From: Selaginella moellendorffii
Taxonomy: Eukaryota > Plantae > Lycopodiophyta
Length of the DNA: 64,000 nucleotides
Direction of reading: 5' to 3'
Assembly: GCF_000143415.4 (NCBI RefSeq)
Contig: NW_003314366.1
Coordinates: 384,997-448,996, forward strand
Made by a program: the position numbers and the translations under genes
Shown here: positions 1-12,259 of the stretch, piece after piece
Numbering within the stretch: the stretch's first letter is position 1
Layout: every line of letters starts with the position of its first letter
Notes under the pieces: model-generated
The model's database searches: none
What the model was told of the DNA's origin: nothing
What the model saw: only the letters and a program-made list of their open reading frames with translations

Positions 1-750
1 CCCGAGATGGACCTGAGATGGAGTCCGAGATGGAGTTTGAGATGGACCGCGATGAAATCCAAGATGGAGTTCGAGATGGAGTTTGAGATGGAGTCCGAGA
101 TGGAGTTCGAGATGGAGTCCGAGATAGGACCCGAGATGTACCTAAGATGGAGTCTGAGATGGAGTTCGAGATGGACCCGAGATGGACCTGAGATGGAGTC
201 CGAGATGGAGTTTGAGATGGACTGAGATGGAATTCAAGATGGAGTTTGAGCTGGACCCGAGATGGAGTCCGAAATGGACCNNNNNNNNNNNNNNNNNNNN
301 NNNNNNNNNNNNNNNNNNNNNNNNNNNNNNNNNNNNNNNNNNNNNNNNNNNNNNNNNNNNNNNNNNNNNNNNNNNNNNNNAGATGGAGTTTGAGATGGAC
401 CCGAGATGGAGTTCGAGATGGACCGAGATGGAGTCCGAGATGGATCCGAGATGGAGTCCGAGATGGACCGAGATGGAGTCTGAGATGGAGTCCGAGATGG
501 ACCCAAGATGAAGTCTGAGATAGACCCAAGATAGAGTCCGAGTTGGAGTCCAAGATGGACCGAGATGGAGTCCGAGATGGAGTCCAAGATGGGCCCGAGA
601 TGGAGTTCGAGAAGGACCTAAGATGGAGTCCAAGGTCAAGACCGAGACCGAGACCAAGACCGAGACCGAGATTGGGACCGGGACTGAGACCGAGACCGAG
701 GCCGAGGCCGAGACTGAGCCTGAGTTCAAGTCCAAGTCCGAGTTCGAGTC
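1..750. repeat. Degenerate 12-bp (GAGATGGAGTCC) and 6-bp (CCGAGA) tandem arrays inside the LTR; assembly gap at 281-380
   Basis: Visible periodicity; a 100-N gap lies within the array. Confidence 0.95.
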
Positions 751-1565
751 CGAGGGTGAAAGCCTAAAGTGTTTGTCTCCCAGACCCTAGTGAGCTCCAA
801 AAGTATAGTAGGGAGAGGACTACAATAGAGCCAGTTTGGCCAGGAATGGGTGGCACTACCTACTTCGATACCTGGCGTGGCTCAACGAAACCTTGCTCTA
901 AGCCCATGACTAAAGCACCCAAAGGTGGAAGTTAGGGAGAGTACCTATGAGGTTCTCGTAGGGCCACGGTCTTTCGAAATATTGTCCCAAAGTCCTAGAC
1001 TGTGGAAAGGAAGAGGAGTAACCCTTTAGTGTGGTGTCCAAGGATACAGTCACATGGTGAGGAAGTCCTAGATGACAGTGGGACTCGGTGGTCTGGCCTG
1101 TAGGGCTTGATCTAGTGGTAGTGTTGACGAACACGGCCATGTATAGAAAGGGACTTGGTAGGGATCGAAAAGGGATATTGGGGAAGGCTATTCCCCATGT
1201 CTGCAGGTATCCTAAGGATGCTAGGGAGTGGATCTGGGATGACTACTCATGAATGGATGGCCTAGTGTTTGAGAGACAGAACTATGATGTAGGTGATGTT
1301 ATATCATTGGTATGACAAAGGTGAATATACATGGCCTTAGCGTAACAGGCTGATATGTCAGTGTTACCTTTTGGTGTCAGTTATGGGACCGGACACGTGG
1401 AGCACTTGGACTAAATGCAAGGGTTGAGTGGCAAGGATGCCATTCTCGGGGCTAGCCAGACCCAAGTCCAGAATAGGACTTATGGAGGTTGTGAGTAAGA
1501 CTCCTCCAAGTGGTCTAAGGTGTGGTTAAGTGACTAAAGTAGAATGGAAAATTTAGTCGCTTACA
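1..1565 (+). mobile_element. Partial LTR (3' or solo LTR) of gypsy-related family A, inserted in the RNase H region of an older element
   Basis: Reverse-complement similarity to the LTRs at 2774-4493 and 9154-10840. Ends ...AATTTAGTCGCTTACA at 1565. Followed directly by RNase H coding remnants, not a PBS. Confidence 0.85.
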
Positions 1566-1569
1566 ACAA

Positions 1570-2773
1570 CCATCTAATAGCGTTCTTCTCGAAAACGTTT
1601 GACAAGGCTTAGCAAAAATGGCCTACCCACGAGAAGAAATTATTTGTGGTGGTCAACGTGCTCAAGGAGTGGTGACACTACCTTGGAACGCACTTCAAAG
1701 TTTACATGCATAATCTGGCAATGAAACACTTCTTATCGCAGCCTGACCTAAGAGGGAAACAAGGTCGGTGGGCTAATGCATTGGCTGAGTTTGATTGTGA
1801 GATTCTGTATAAGTCTGGGAAGAGTAACATCGTGGCAAATAAGTCGAAAGGCAAATTTGAAATTGACGATATCTAACACAATAGCAACCTTTTGGGATGA
1901 TGTGCAGACAACATATAAGAATGATGGTCTAGCACAAGAAGTATTGCTAAGGAATCAAGAGGCGCAAGATGCTCACCAGATAGGTGAGCTACCAATGGAA
2001 GAGAAAATAAGTTATGCAAAATGCAATAGACTCGAATATTATAAACAGATGAGGGTGTATACTCCAGAAGGGGAACTAAGGAAGGTAGCCTTAAAAGAGT
2101 GTTATGATGGACCTCTTGCAGGACACGGCGGAGTGCCCAAGTTAATGGGTTTACTCAAAAGGAAGTATCACTGGCTAGATATGGCTAAAGACGTTTAAGA
2201 CTATATAAAGACACGTCCAACATGTCAGTAGGTCAAAGCCGTGACTAAAGCTAGTGGAGGCTTGTTACAAAGCATTTCAATTCCAGATCAACCGTGGAAA
2301 TGTCTTACGATGGACTTCATCACGGGACTCTTCCAAAGTGAGGGGTTTGATGTGATATTCATGGTGGTGGACCAGTTTTTGAAGATGGCACATTTCATAC
2401 CCACTACAATAGAAGTGCATGCAGAAGGCATGGCAAAGCTGTTCTTTAAACAAGTGGTTCAAGTGCGGGGAAGGCCAGAAAAGATTATCTCAGATCAAGA
2501 TATAATCTTCACTAATAGATTCTGGAGAGCTCTCCTGGAACAGTATTGCACCAAGTTGAAATTTAGTATAGCCTATCACCCACAAACAGGTATTGGGTAT
2601 TAAGTCAAGTTTGATGGTAATAGCACTTCTTGATAGATGGATAAACGGAAAGGGTGAATAGGTAGCTGAAGGATTATCTGCGATGCTATGTCTCGGGAGA
2701 CCAGACCAATTGGGTAAGTCATTTAGGACTTACAAAAATGTGCTATAACAACTCACCACATTCAAGTATTGGG
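1570..2773 (+). pseudogene. pol remnant: RNase H and integrase (zinc-binding and core regions)
   Basis: Reads HLIAFFSKT..WPTHEKKL..RWANALAEFDCEILYKSGKSNIVA, then YDGPLAGHGG, PWKCLTMDFITGL, PEKIISDQD, AYHPQT, YNNSPHSSIG. Contains stops and frameshifts. Confidence 0.9.
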
Positions 2774-4493
2774 TGTAAGCAACTAAATTTTCCATTCTAC
2801 TTTAGTCACATAACCACACCTCCGACCACTTGGAGGAGTCTCATTCACAACCTCCATAAGTCCAATTCAGGACTTGGGACTTGCTGGCCCCAAAAATGGC
2901 ATCCATGCCACTCAACATTTGCACTTGGTCCAAGTGCTCCATGTGTCCGATCCCATGACCGACACTCAAAGGTACCACCGACATGGCAGCTTGTCACGCT
3001 AAGGCCATGCCCAATCACCTTTGCCACACTGGTAGTCCAATACCACATGCATCCCAATCTTGGCTCTCCAAGACTAGGCAAACCATCCGTGAGTGGTCAT
3101 CTCAGATCCACTCCTTAGCATCCTTAGGATGCCCACCGACAAGGGGAATAGCCTTCCCCAATATCCCTCTATCAGTCCCCACTAAGTCCCTTTCTGCCCC
3201 TAGCCGTGTTTGCCAACACTACCACTGGATCGAGGCCCACATGCCCGACCACTAAGTCCCACGGTCCTCTGGGACTTCCTCACCATACGATTGTGTCTTT
3301 AGTCACAACCCCAAAGGACTGCTCCTCTTCCTTTCCACAGTCTGGGCCTTTGGGGACAACATTTCGGAACACCATGGTCTTACGCGAGCCACCTGGGTAC
3401 TCTCCCCGCCTTCCACCCTTGGGTGCTCTAGCCATGGGCTTAGAGCGAGGTTCCGTTGAGCCACGCCTGGTATCTAAGTAGGTAGTGCCACCCACACTTG
3501 GACTGGGAGCATCGGCCAGTTGATCTCCCGGGGGAACTAGAGTCGGCTCTTGAACACTTCACCAAGCTACCCCGCTTGTTGGTCTGTGTTCACTCTAGTA
3601 TTGGACTTCCCAGTGGTCAGTTCATCACCCAACACTGGGTCTGGCCTTCCTGGGCCAAACTGGCCTTTCCTGGCCAAACTGGCTCCACTGCAGTCCTCCC
3701 CCCTACTATACTTTTGGAGCTCACCAAACCCCCTGAGTCTGGGAGACGAACACTTTGGGCTTTCACCCTCTCATACTCGAACTCGGACTCGGACTCGGAC
3801 TCAGGCTCAGTCTCGGCCTCTGCCTCGGTCTCGGTCTCGGTCTCGGTCCCGGTCCTGGTCTCGGTCTCGGTCTTGGTCCCGGTCCCGGTCTCGGTCTCGG
3901 TCTCGGTCCCGGTCCCGGTCCCGGTCTCGGTCTCGGTCTCGGTCCCGGTCTCGGTCTCGATCTCGGACTCCATCTCGGGTCCTTCTTGGACTCCATCTCG
4001 GATTCCATCCCGGGTCCATCTCGGACTCCATCTCGGACTCCGTCTCGGTCCATCTCGGACTCCATCTCGGACTCCACTTCAGGCTCCACTTCAGACTCCA
4101 CCTCGGACTCCACCTCGGAGTCCACCTCGGAGTCCACCTCGGACTCCACCTCGGACTCCACCTCGGACTCCACCTCGGACTCCAGCTCAGACTCCACCTC
4201 AGACTCCACCTCGGACTCCATCTCGGACTTCATCTTGGTCCATCTCGAACTCCATCTCAGACACTTCCACGTGTCATGTGTTGGTCCTTTTGGGTCCCTT
4301 TTTGGAGCCTCGCTTATTGCTCGCTTCATGCTCATTCCTTGAGCACTCCATTGGGAGTTCCACTCTTGCTCTCGACCTTTTAAGTCGGAGCCTTTTAGTC
4401 CAAATGTGTTACGCTCGTTTGGCTTTTGCTTCGGCCACTACCACGTGGCACCCTTTTGGCTCCACTTTGGGGCTTAGGGGTTTGTGTCTCACA
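2774..4493 (-). repeat. 3' LTR (1720 bp) of the nested element
   Basis: Near-identical to 9154-10840 apart from repeat-array length. Confidence 0.92.
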
Positions 4494-5010
4494 ACTCCAC
4501 CACCCATAGACGAAGTTCAATGTCCTCATTGAACGGTAAACCCGTTTATAAAGTAACACCCACAAGTATTACCATTTCCTTCCTTGGCACCTAGCCAATA
4601 TTTGTCTATGGTTTGACCCCAAAGGCTCACCATGCCTTGTCCATCCTCTAAGGGGCATAGTCTCTCCAACATAGAGACTCATTCGGACACCTAGGGTGGT
4701 TTGCTCCCTTTTATAGGTTTAGTTCTCGCTAAACCCGTTTGAGATACTTTCTCTAACTCAATTCCACTACTCATTCTCGAGTAGTCCCAACTTCTATTGA
4801 CATAACCAATTCACCTTGGAACTTTTAATTTTGACTTCTCGAAGTCAATTTCTTTGGTGTCTTTGACACCTTTCACTGCACATATTATGCAACTTCACTT
4901 CCCATCCTAGGAAGCTCCCCACTTGAGGGCGCCATCGTCCTCCTTTCTATTTTATGCCACTTTTGGCACCAAGTTCTAGCCATTGTAATTTGTGCTAGAG
5001 CTACCCACAG

Positions 5011-5603
5011 TGTAAGCAACCAAAGGGAACGACTTGAGAGACGATCCATGGGGTTCAAATATAGAGGGAAAGGGCCCATGAATAAGAGTGCACCCCCTTT
5101 TCCAATCAGTTAAGGGTCTTGGGATATTTGGGGTTAAGCGTCCTTGGGTTTGAATAGTACTGGGCCCGGTGACCTCCCGGGAAGTCCAAACTTAGGAGTT
5201 TACATTTGGTATCAGAGCGGTCTCGGGTCCGACTCTGTTGGTTGGCTAAGGGAATCACACCACATGTTGATTGACATCTGGCTGGTCCAGTTTGTTCCCG
5301 CTGGGCTCGACCCGAGGGGTAGGGTGTCAAGAGAGCGGGGCTCTCGGGAGAGCTGCGGCTCTCAGCTTCCGTTCACAAGGGCGTGAACTTGCAGGGAAGC
5401 GTGGTGGATTGTAAGCAACCAAAGGGAATGACTTGAGAGACGATCCATAGGGTTCAAATATAGAAGGAAAGGGCCCATGAATAAGAGTGCATCCCCTTTT
5501 CCAATCGGTTAAGGGTCTTGGGATATTTGGGGTTAAGCGTCCTTGGGTTTGAATAGTACTGGGCTGGGTGACCTCCCGGGAAGTCCAAACTTAGGAGTTT
5601 ACA
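5011..5603 (+). mobile_element. Cassandra TRIM (5S-containing LTRs), 593 bp
   Basis: 194-bp LTRs at 5011-5204 and 5410-5603 (TGTAAGC..TTACA). PBS TGGTATCAGAGC at 5207-5218. PPT at ~5391-5409. TSD CACAG/CACGG. Each LTR has a 5S-like GTTAAGCGT..TAGTACT..GGTGACCTCCCGGGAAGTCC segment. About 7 LTR mismatches by eye. Confidence 0.93.
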
Positions 5604-8600
5604 CACGGCCCTATCCTTTGGCTACTTCGCCATTCCCTCCCTTGGAGCTTTCACCTTTGCCAACTTGGAGCATTTGGGAATCTTTCCTTGGAAGTCCACT
5701 TCCTTTCCCGCAATCCGTTAGCATAAAACACATTTGTGTTCCTTGGCTAACTTTGCCATTTGGATTCCTTCCCATGATTCCCATGGCTCTTTTCTTGGCC
5801 ACTAGTCTTTTGCTCCTATCCTTGATTGTTGCACCCAGCAACATAGGATCGCTACCTCCATTTTTTAGGTTTCCTTTCGGTTCCATAGCAAACACTTTGC
5901 TTTGCCAAGTCCAGAGGGTGTTCACCCCTAGTACGTCTCTTTAACATTTTCTATCGTGGGCTCTATCCACGGCCCAACTTTTTGAGGCCCTCCCTTGGAT
6001 CTCTTATAGAGACTACTTTCCTTGGACTTACTATGCCATAGCATTGATATAGCTCATTTCCCTTAGGTGTTCTTCTCACTTGGTCACCTCAACCAAGCCA
6101 CACCTTTATGAATAATTCAAATCAACACTTTGAACTAGGAATCATATTCCTTAACCCAAACAAAGACTTTGTCCTTGTTTAGCCACAAGATCACCTAGTG
6201 ATCTCATAATAGGCTTATCAATAGGAACTAAGTCTTCCAGACCCTTCTAAGTTGTTGACTATGACCCCAGGGGCATCCCCCACACTTGGCGGTGCGCCCA
6301 AGCCAGCCCTTCCGGCCAAGGATCCATAGCAACTGAGACTTGGGTGTCCCCATCTCATTCACCACGTCCTTGGTGCCCTTTGCACCAAAGTGTTTAAGTT
6401 AGATATGCTGAGCTTTCACTCTAAGAAATCTAACCGTGCATCACGACTCCGAGGCATCCCTCGCTTGGCGGTGTGCCCAAACTAGTCTCCTCACTGAGAG
6501 TCCATGACCACCGAAATATGAGTGTCCTCATATTCCAAACCATCACCACGCCCTAGTGATTTGGGACTCGAACCCAAGCACTAGAGGGTTGGGACTCGAA
6601 CCCAACCTCCGTATATGCATCTACGGACGGCATCACCCAGGATGCCTGGCATGACTCCCCACGCCGGTGCACCAACTTATACTTAAAGCGTGGTATAGAT
6701 CATAGCTTAGGAACCTAGTTCCCCCACACTGCCAAGTCCTCTCACTTGACAAGTCCATGATCATGCATGGACTCTTCCATGCTTGGCCCCATGGCCCACC
6801 TTTTTGAAGTAATCACATTCAACTAGGGTATTTGTTCCCCCGACTTGCCAATCTCGCTTGGCAAGTCCTCCGACCACTGTAACATGGTTCCTGCATAAGC
6901 GTGAAAGTCCTTGACCATTGACTTTCGTTCAAAGCCCTCTCTTTGAACACTCGGGAACTACTTCCCTAACCTTGATAGTGTTGCCTCATGGCAAGCTTCA
7001 AGACCACGCTTCTGCTGCGCCACTCTGATTTCGCGTGTTCCATGAACCATTTACACTTGGTTTTTCTAGGTACTAAGCTACCTAAAATCATCTTTGGGAA
7101 CCTTGAAGGAACTCTGTCCCTTAGCTTGCTAAGGCCTCTCTTTTCGCAAGCTTTATAGTTGCCATATAGTCTAACATGGACAATTCCATATTTTAGACTC
7201 TCCATGGCATCACAGTTGCTAACAACAACATCCTCGAGCACCCTCTTGATTCTCCACTCCCAACTTGCATAACCACCGTTGGATATGCCCTTCGATTTCT
7301 ATGGTTCAGTTCCATCCCAATACTACTTGCCTTTTGGCCCCATATGTTTCCTTTGGTTATTCTCCTCCAAACTAGGCGGATAGCTTTGCACATTTTGCTA
7401 TGCCTTAGCAAGTATGCTTAGGGATGAACCTGCTCGATAGCCTAGGGAGTGGTTCCTTAATCTTGGGCATGCTCACTTTATAATCCCACACACCAGGGTT
7501 AACGTTGCTGCTTATGGGCCTTTACATGCCCATCATTAGCTTTGCCAAAATTCCATTTTTAGCTTTATCCAATTTGGGTTGACAGTTTTCTCCTGTCTCC
7601 GCAACCTTGGATATTTGGATAGCACATTTTATCCATCATTCACTAGGGACTTAGTCCCTTGGGCTTTATCTATTGCCCTCGCGACATCAAACACCACCTC
7701 CCGGTGTCCTAGAGTGTTTTGGTATCCCAAATGATGGCTTATTTGACAATGAACATTCCCTTTTATGACATTGACTTACTATATCGCAACATAAGCAATT
7801 TATCCCTCGTAAGGGTATATCTAACTTCTTTATGCCATTAAGAAGTCTTGGGTAGCTACCTTCTACTAGTTTGACCAATTATCTTGCACTTTTTGCTTAG
7901 TTGCCTCATAGCTGTCAAGTCCTACAACTCATTGCTTGGTGCTTCCACACCTCCATCATTATCTGGGTCACCACACTCCAACCACATGCCTTCCAGCTTA
8001 GGCTATGCCATTCCCGTTTTTATTGGGATTCCCTTGGCAAGGGGTTCTTAAGAACCCACCAACATAACCTCAAGGTATCACACTTTGGCACATTTGGTGT
8101 CTCCACACCATCGGCCCCACGAGCCTATCCTTATGACACTACTTACTAGTATCTAGGTCTTTGCCTAGGACAATATAGTTGTTCCTCATGCTAACTATCC
8201 ATTAGCACCACACCATAGAGTTTGCACCCAACTCTAGGTCAAAGTTGCTTTCTTCTGGGAATATCTTTCCCACAACTTTAGTATTGCACATTCTGCCCTC
8301 AATGAGATATCTCTTGTTCTCATACTTGGATCTTATGATCCTCCCCATACCTCATGGGGCAGCATACACCTCAGTCTAAATGCTTCAACCAATCCCTTAT
8401 GACCATTCCTTGACCCCACTTGAGTCATCCAGCATTTTTGGACCTTGCTAATCCAACAACCTACGAGGTCTCAATCTTAGAGGTGCCAACTCACTGGAAT
8501 ACAACTTCTTGTATTCATGTCCTACTCATAAGGACAATCTTTGCAAGTGTTACTCTAACACTTGATGATTTTCTTGGGGCTAACATTTGCCCCTTAGGAC

Positions 8601-9153
8601 CACTTGTCCATGTGATGAGAATACCAACTCATCCTCTAAGTACACCCCCACCTCCTTGGGTTGTTCTAGCATTTAGAAGAGGTAGCTTCGGCTACCATTT
8701 CAAGGACTTGTGTCCTTTTCTGTATTTGACCTCCCGCGGTCATTACTTCTAGTCTCACATTTATGAGCACCCACCTCAACTATATGAGGATAATCTTGTG
8801 ACTCCTTTATTGTTTTGGAGTCTTTATCTTTCCCGTGATCCTAACTATAGTTGTTTACCACAACTACATTAGCCAGTTTGCAAAGTCAAATGCTCATCTG
8901 GATCACATCCTCAACTCTATGAGGAAAACTTTATACTGTTCCCAAGATCCCAAAGTCGTTCCCTTACTGGCCCCTTTTTTATCCACCACATCGCGCCCAA
9001 GTTCACGCATGAACTTGAGTGGAGAGCCATGTCCTCTCGACATGCTACTTCTCAACGATAGGCCCACTCCTAGGACCTTCCGATGCTAATATCAATGGTG
9101 ATATACTTGAGCACCAATAAAAGTCAGACTAAGGAACAACTCCGATACCAAAT

Positions 9154-10840
9154 TGTAAGCGACTAAATTTTCCATTCTACTTTAGTCACTTAACCACACC
9201 TCCGACCACTTGGAGGAGTCTCATTCACAACCTCCATAAGTCCAATTCAGGACTTGGGACTTGCTAGCCCCGAGAATGGCATCCATGCCATTCAACATTT
9301 GCACTTGGTCCAAGTGCTCCACGTGTCCAATCCCATGACCGACACTCAAAGGTACCACCGACATGGTAGCTTGTCACGCTAAGGCCATGCCCAATCACCT
9401 TTGCCACACTGGTAGTCCAATACCACATGCATCCCAGTCTTGGCTCTCCAAGACTAGGCAAACCATCCGTGAGTGGTCATCTCAAATCCACTCCTTAGCA
9501 TCCTTAGGATGCCCACCGACAAGGGGAATAGCCTTCCCCAATATCCCTCTGTCAGTCCCCACTAAGTCCCTTTCTGCCCCTGGCCATGTTTGCCAACACT
9601 ACCACTGGATCGAGGCCCACAGGCCCGACCACTAAGTCCCACGGTCCTCTGGGACTTCCTCACCATACGATTGTGTCTTTGGTCACTACCCCAAAGGACT
9701 GCTCCTCTTCCTTTCCACAGTCTGGGCCTTTGGGACAACATTTCGGAACACCGTGGCCTTATGCGAGCCACCTGGGTACTCTCCCTGCCTTCCGCCCTTG
9801 GGTGCTCTAGCCATGGGCTTAGAGCGAGGTTCCGTTGAGCCACGCCTGGTATCCAAGTAGGTAGTGCCACCCACACTTGGACTAGGAGCATCAGCCAGTC
9901 GATCTCCTGGGGGAACTAGAGCCGGCTCTTGAACACTTCACCAAGCTACCCCGCTTGTCGGTCTGTATTCACTCTAGTCTTGGACTTCCCAGTGGTCAGT
10001 TCATCACCCAACACTGGGTCTGGCCTTCCTGGGCCAAACTGGCCTTTCCTGGCCAAACTGGCTCCACTGCAGTCCTCCCCCCTACTATACTTTTGGAGCT
10101 CACCAAACCCCCCAGGGTCTGGGAGACGAACGCTTTGGGCTTTCACCCTCTCAGACTCGAACTCGGACTCGGACTTGGACTCGGGCTCAGTCTCGGCCTC
10201 CGCCTCGGTCTCGGTCCCGGTCCCGGTCTCGGTCTCGGTCTCGGTCCCAGTCTCGGTCTCGGTCTCGGTCTCGATCCCGGTCTCGGTCTTGACCTTGGAC
10301 TCCATCTCGGGTCCTCCATCTCGGATTCCATCCCGGGTCCATCTCGGACTCCATCTCGGACTCCATCTCGGACTCCATCTCGGTCCATCTCGGACTCTAT
10401 CTCAGACTCCACTTTGGACTCCATCTCGGACTCCAGCTCAGATTCCAGCTCGGACTCCATCTCGGACTCCATCTCGGACTCCACCTCGGACTCCACCTCG
10501 GACTCCATCTCGGACTCCACCTCGAACTCCATCTCGGACTCCACCTCAGACTCCACCTCGGACTCCATCTCGGACTTCATCTTGGTCCATCTCGGACTCC
10601 ATCTCGGACACTTCCACGTGTCATGTGTTGGTCCTTTTGGGTCCCTTTTTGGAGCTTCGCTTATTACTCGCTTCATGCTCATTCCTTGAGCACTCCATTG
10701 GGAGTTCCACTCTTGCTCTCGACCTTTCAAGTCGGAGCCTTTTAATCCAAACGTGTTACGCTCATTTGGCTTTTGCTTCGGCCACTACCACGTGGCACCC
10801 TTGTGGCTCCACTTTGGGGCTTAGGGATTTGTGTCTGACA
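9154..10840 (-). repeat. 5' LTR (1687 bp) of the nested element
   Basis: Adjacent to the PBS; matches 2774-4493. Confidence 0.92.
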
Positions 10841-10845
10841 TCGGG

Positions 10846-11520
10846 GTGAGTCTATGGGAAGTCATCAATGGGTGAGTTATTGAAGGTCCTATGGAACTCG
10901 GCATGGCCGAGTATCATGAAGAGTTACCTACTGTAGAAGCATTCACGACAGAAAGACTCAACATTTAGAATCTAGTGAGGGATTCCTTGGAATAGACTCA
11001 ATAAAGGCAAACTAAGTACACAAACTAGAAGCGCCAGGATGTAGAGTTCTAACTTGGGGAGAAAGTGTGGTTGAACACCAAGAACCTAAGGCTACCAAGT
11101 GGGATCAACCATAAGTTGACCCAAAGGTAAAAATGCATGTATTCCTAGAAATGAATTGATCATGAGTTCCTTAAGCAGGTTTGCAGGGCCTTACGAGATT
11201 GAGGCACGAATCAGTAAAGTGGCTTACTGCCTTGGACTTCCTCGAGAGATGGGGAAGATGCACCCAGTGTTTTATATGAATTTACTCAAGTTGTATTTTG
11301 AGGATCTACTTCACAAGGACCAAATAAAACCTTTACCTGAGGTTATCCAAGGGAAAGAGGAATACGAAGTCAAGGCCATCTTCAATGTGTGCAAGAGCAA
11401 ACAACAAGGATGCAAAGTGAGGGAGTTCCATGTAAAGTGAAAAGAATTTCCACACTGCAAAGCAACATGGGAACCGGAAGAGAACCTAACAAACGTGGGA
11501 CCTAGTGGAGGAATTTTTGC
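10846..11520 (+). pseudogene. Integrase C-terminus (GPY/F region) and chromodomain remnant
   Basis: Reads RFAGPYEIEARISKVAYCLGLP..MHPVFYMNLLK and EEYEVKAIFN..REFHVK*KEFPHCKATWEPEENL. Confidence 0.88.
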
Positions 11521-12259
11521 AAGGAAGAACTCTATGTACTTATGTAAAGTTCAATTAAAGTATCAAATTGTGAAGTTGAGTAATGGCATATGTTGGGACC
11601 TGAAGGTGCACCGAATGTAAACTAATTAGCATGAGTTAACTAGGTTGACCAGGCGTAGGGAACTACTCCTGATTCCCCGTGGGGATATTGAATTCGTAAA
11701 CATATTCTACGGAGGTTGGGTTTGAGTCCCAACCCCTAGTAAAGCAAGGCTAGGTTCAAGTCCCAACCCCATACTAGGGCATGGTAAGGTGAGGGGTATA
11801 GGGACACATATATTCTGTTGCCATGGGCTCTTGGTTGGGGAGGCTAACTTAGGCACACCACTAAGTGGAGGAATGCCCTCGGAAACATAAGCAACAAGTC
11901 ATAGGATTAGAAAGAAACATTTGATGTGGGCATTGAACTTCTTCTATGGGTGGTGGAGTTGTAAAAAACCAATTCCCCAAGGTGTCGTAGGCTAAAAGAT
12001 CCCTGAAAGCATGACCAAAATGATAAAGAGTTCATTGGATGGGACCAAGTCTGAGATCGAGTCCAAAACTGACTCTGAGACCGAGTTCAAGACAAAGTCC
12101 AGGATCGAGTCCAAGGCCGACTTCGAAACCAAGTTTGAGACTGAGTTCGAGACAGAATCTGAGATTTGAGATTGGGTCCGAGATCGAGTCTGAGGTCAAG
12201 TTGGAAATTAGGTCCGAGGTTGAGTCCAAGATCGAGTCCGAGACCGAGTCCAAGGTCGG

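Larger units (their letters stand above)
2774..10840 (-). mobile_element. Nested ~8.1-kb LTR retroelement, apparently non-autonomous (LARD-like), family A
   Basis: LTRs 9154-10840 (5') and 2774-4493 (3'), TG..CA ends. PBS TGGTATCGGAGT (9150-9139, tRNA-iMet type). PPT at 4510-4494. TSD TTGGG/TCGGG. Removing it rejoins integrase YNNSPHSSIG|VSLWEVING. No RT or IN motifs recognised internally. Confidence 0.9.

Noticed and set aside
1-750. CRISPR-like array
   Set aside because: No unique spacers, eukaryotic LTR context and no cas genes.
3498-4532. Long RS/DR/TPPR-rich ORFs (also 7-767 and 9929-10849) resembling SR or extensin proteins
   Set aside because: They arise in several frames from stop-free 6/12-bp LTR repeats, and their ends differ between LTR copies.
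5133-5187. 5S rRNA gene
   Set aside because: Only the 3' half is present, embedded in LTRs with PBS, PPT and TSD. This is Cassandra, not an rDNA unit.
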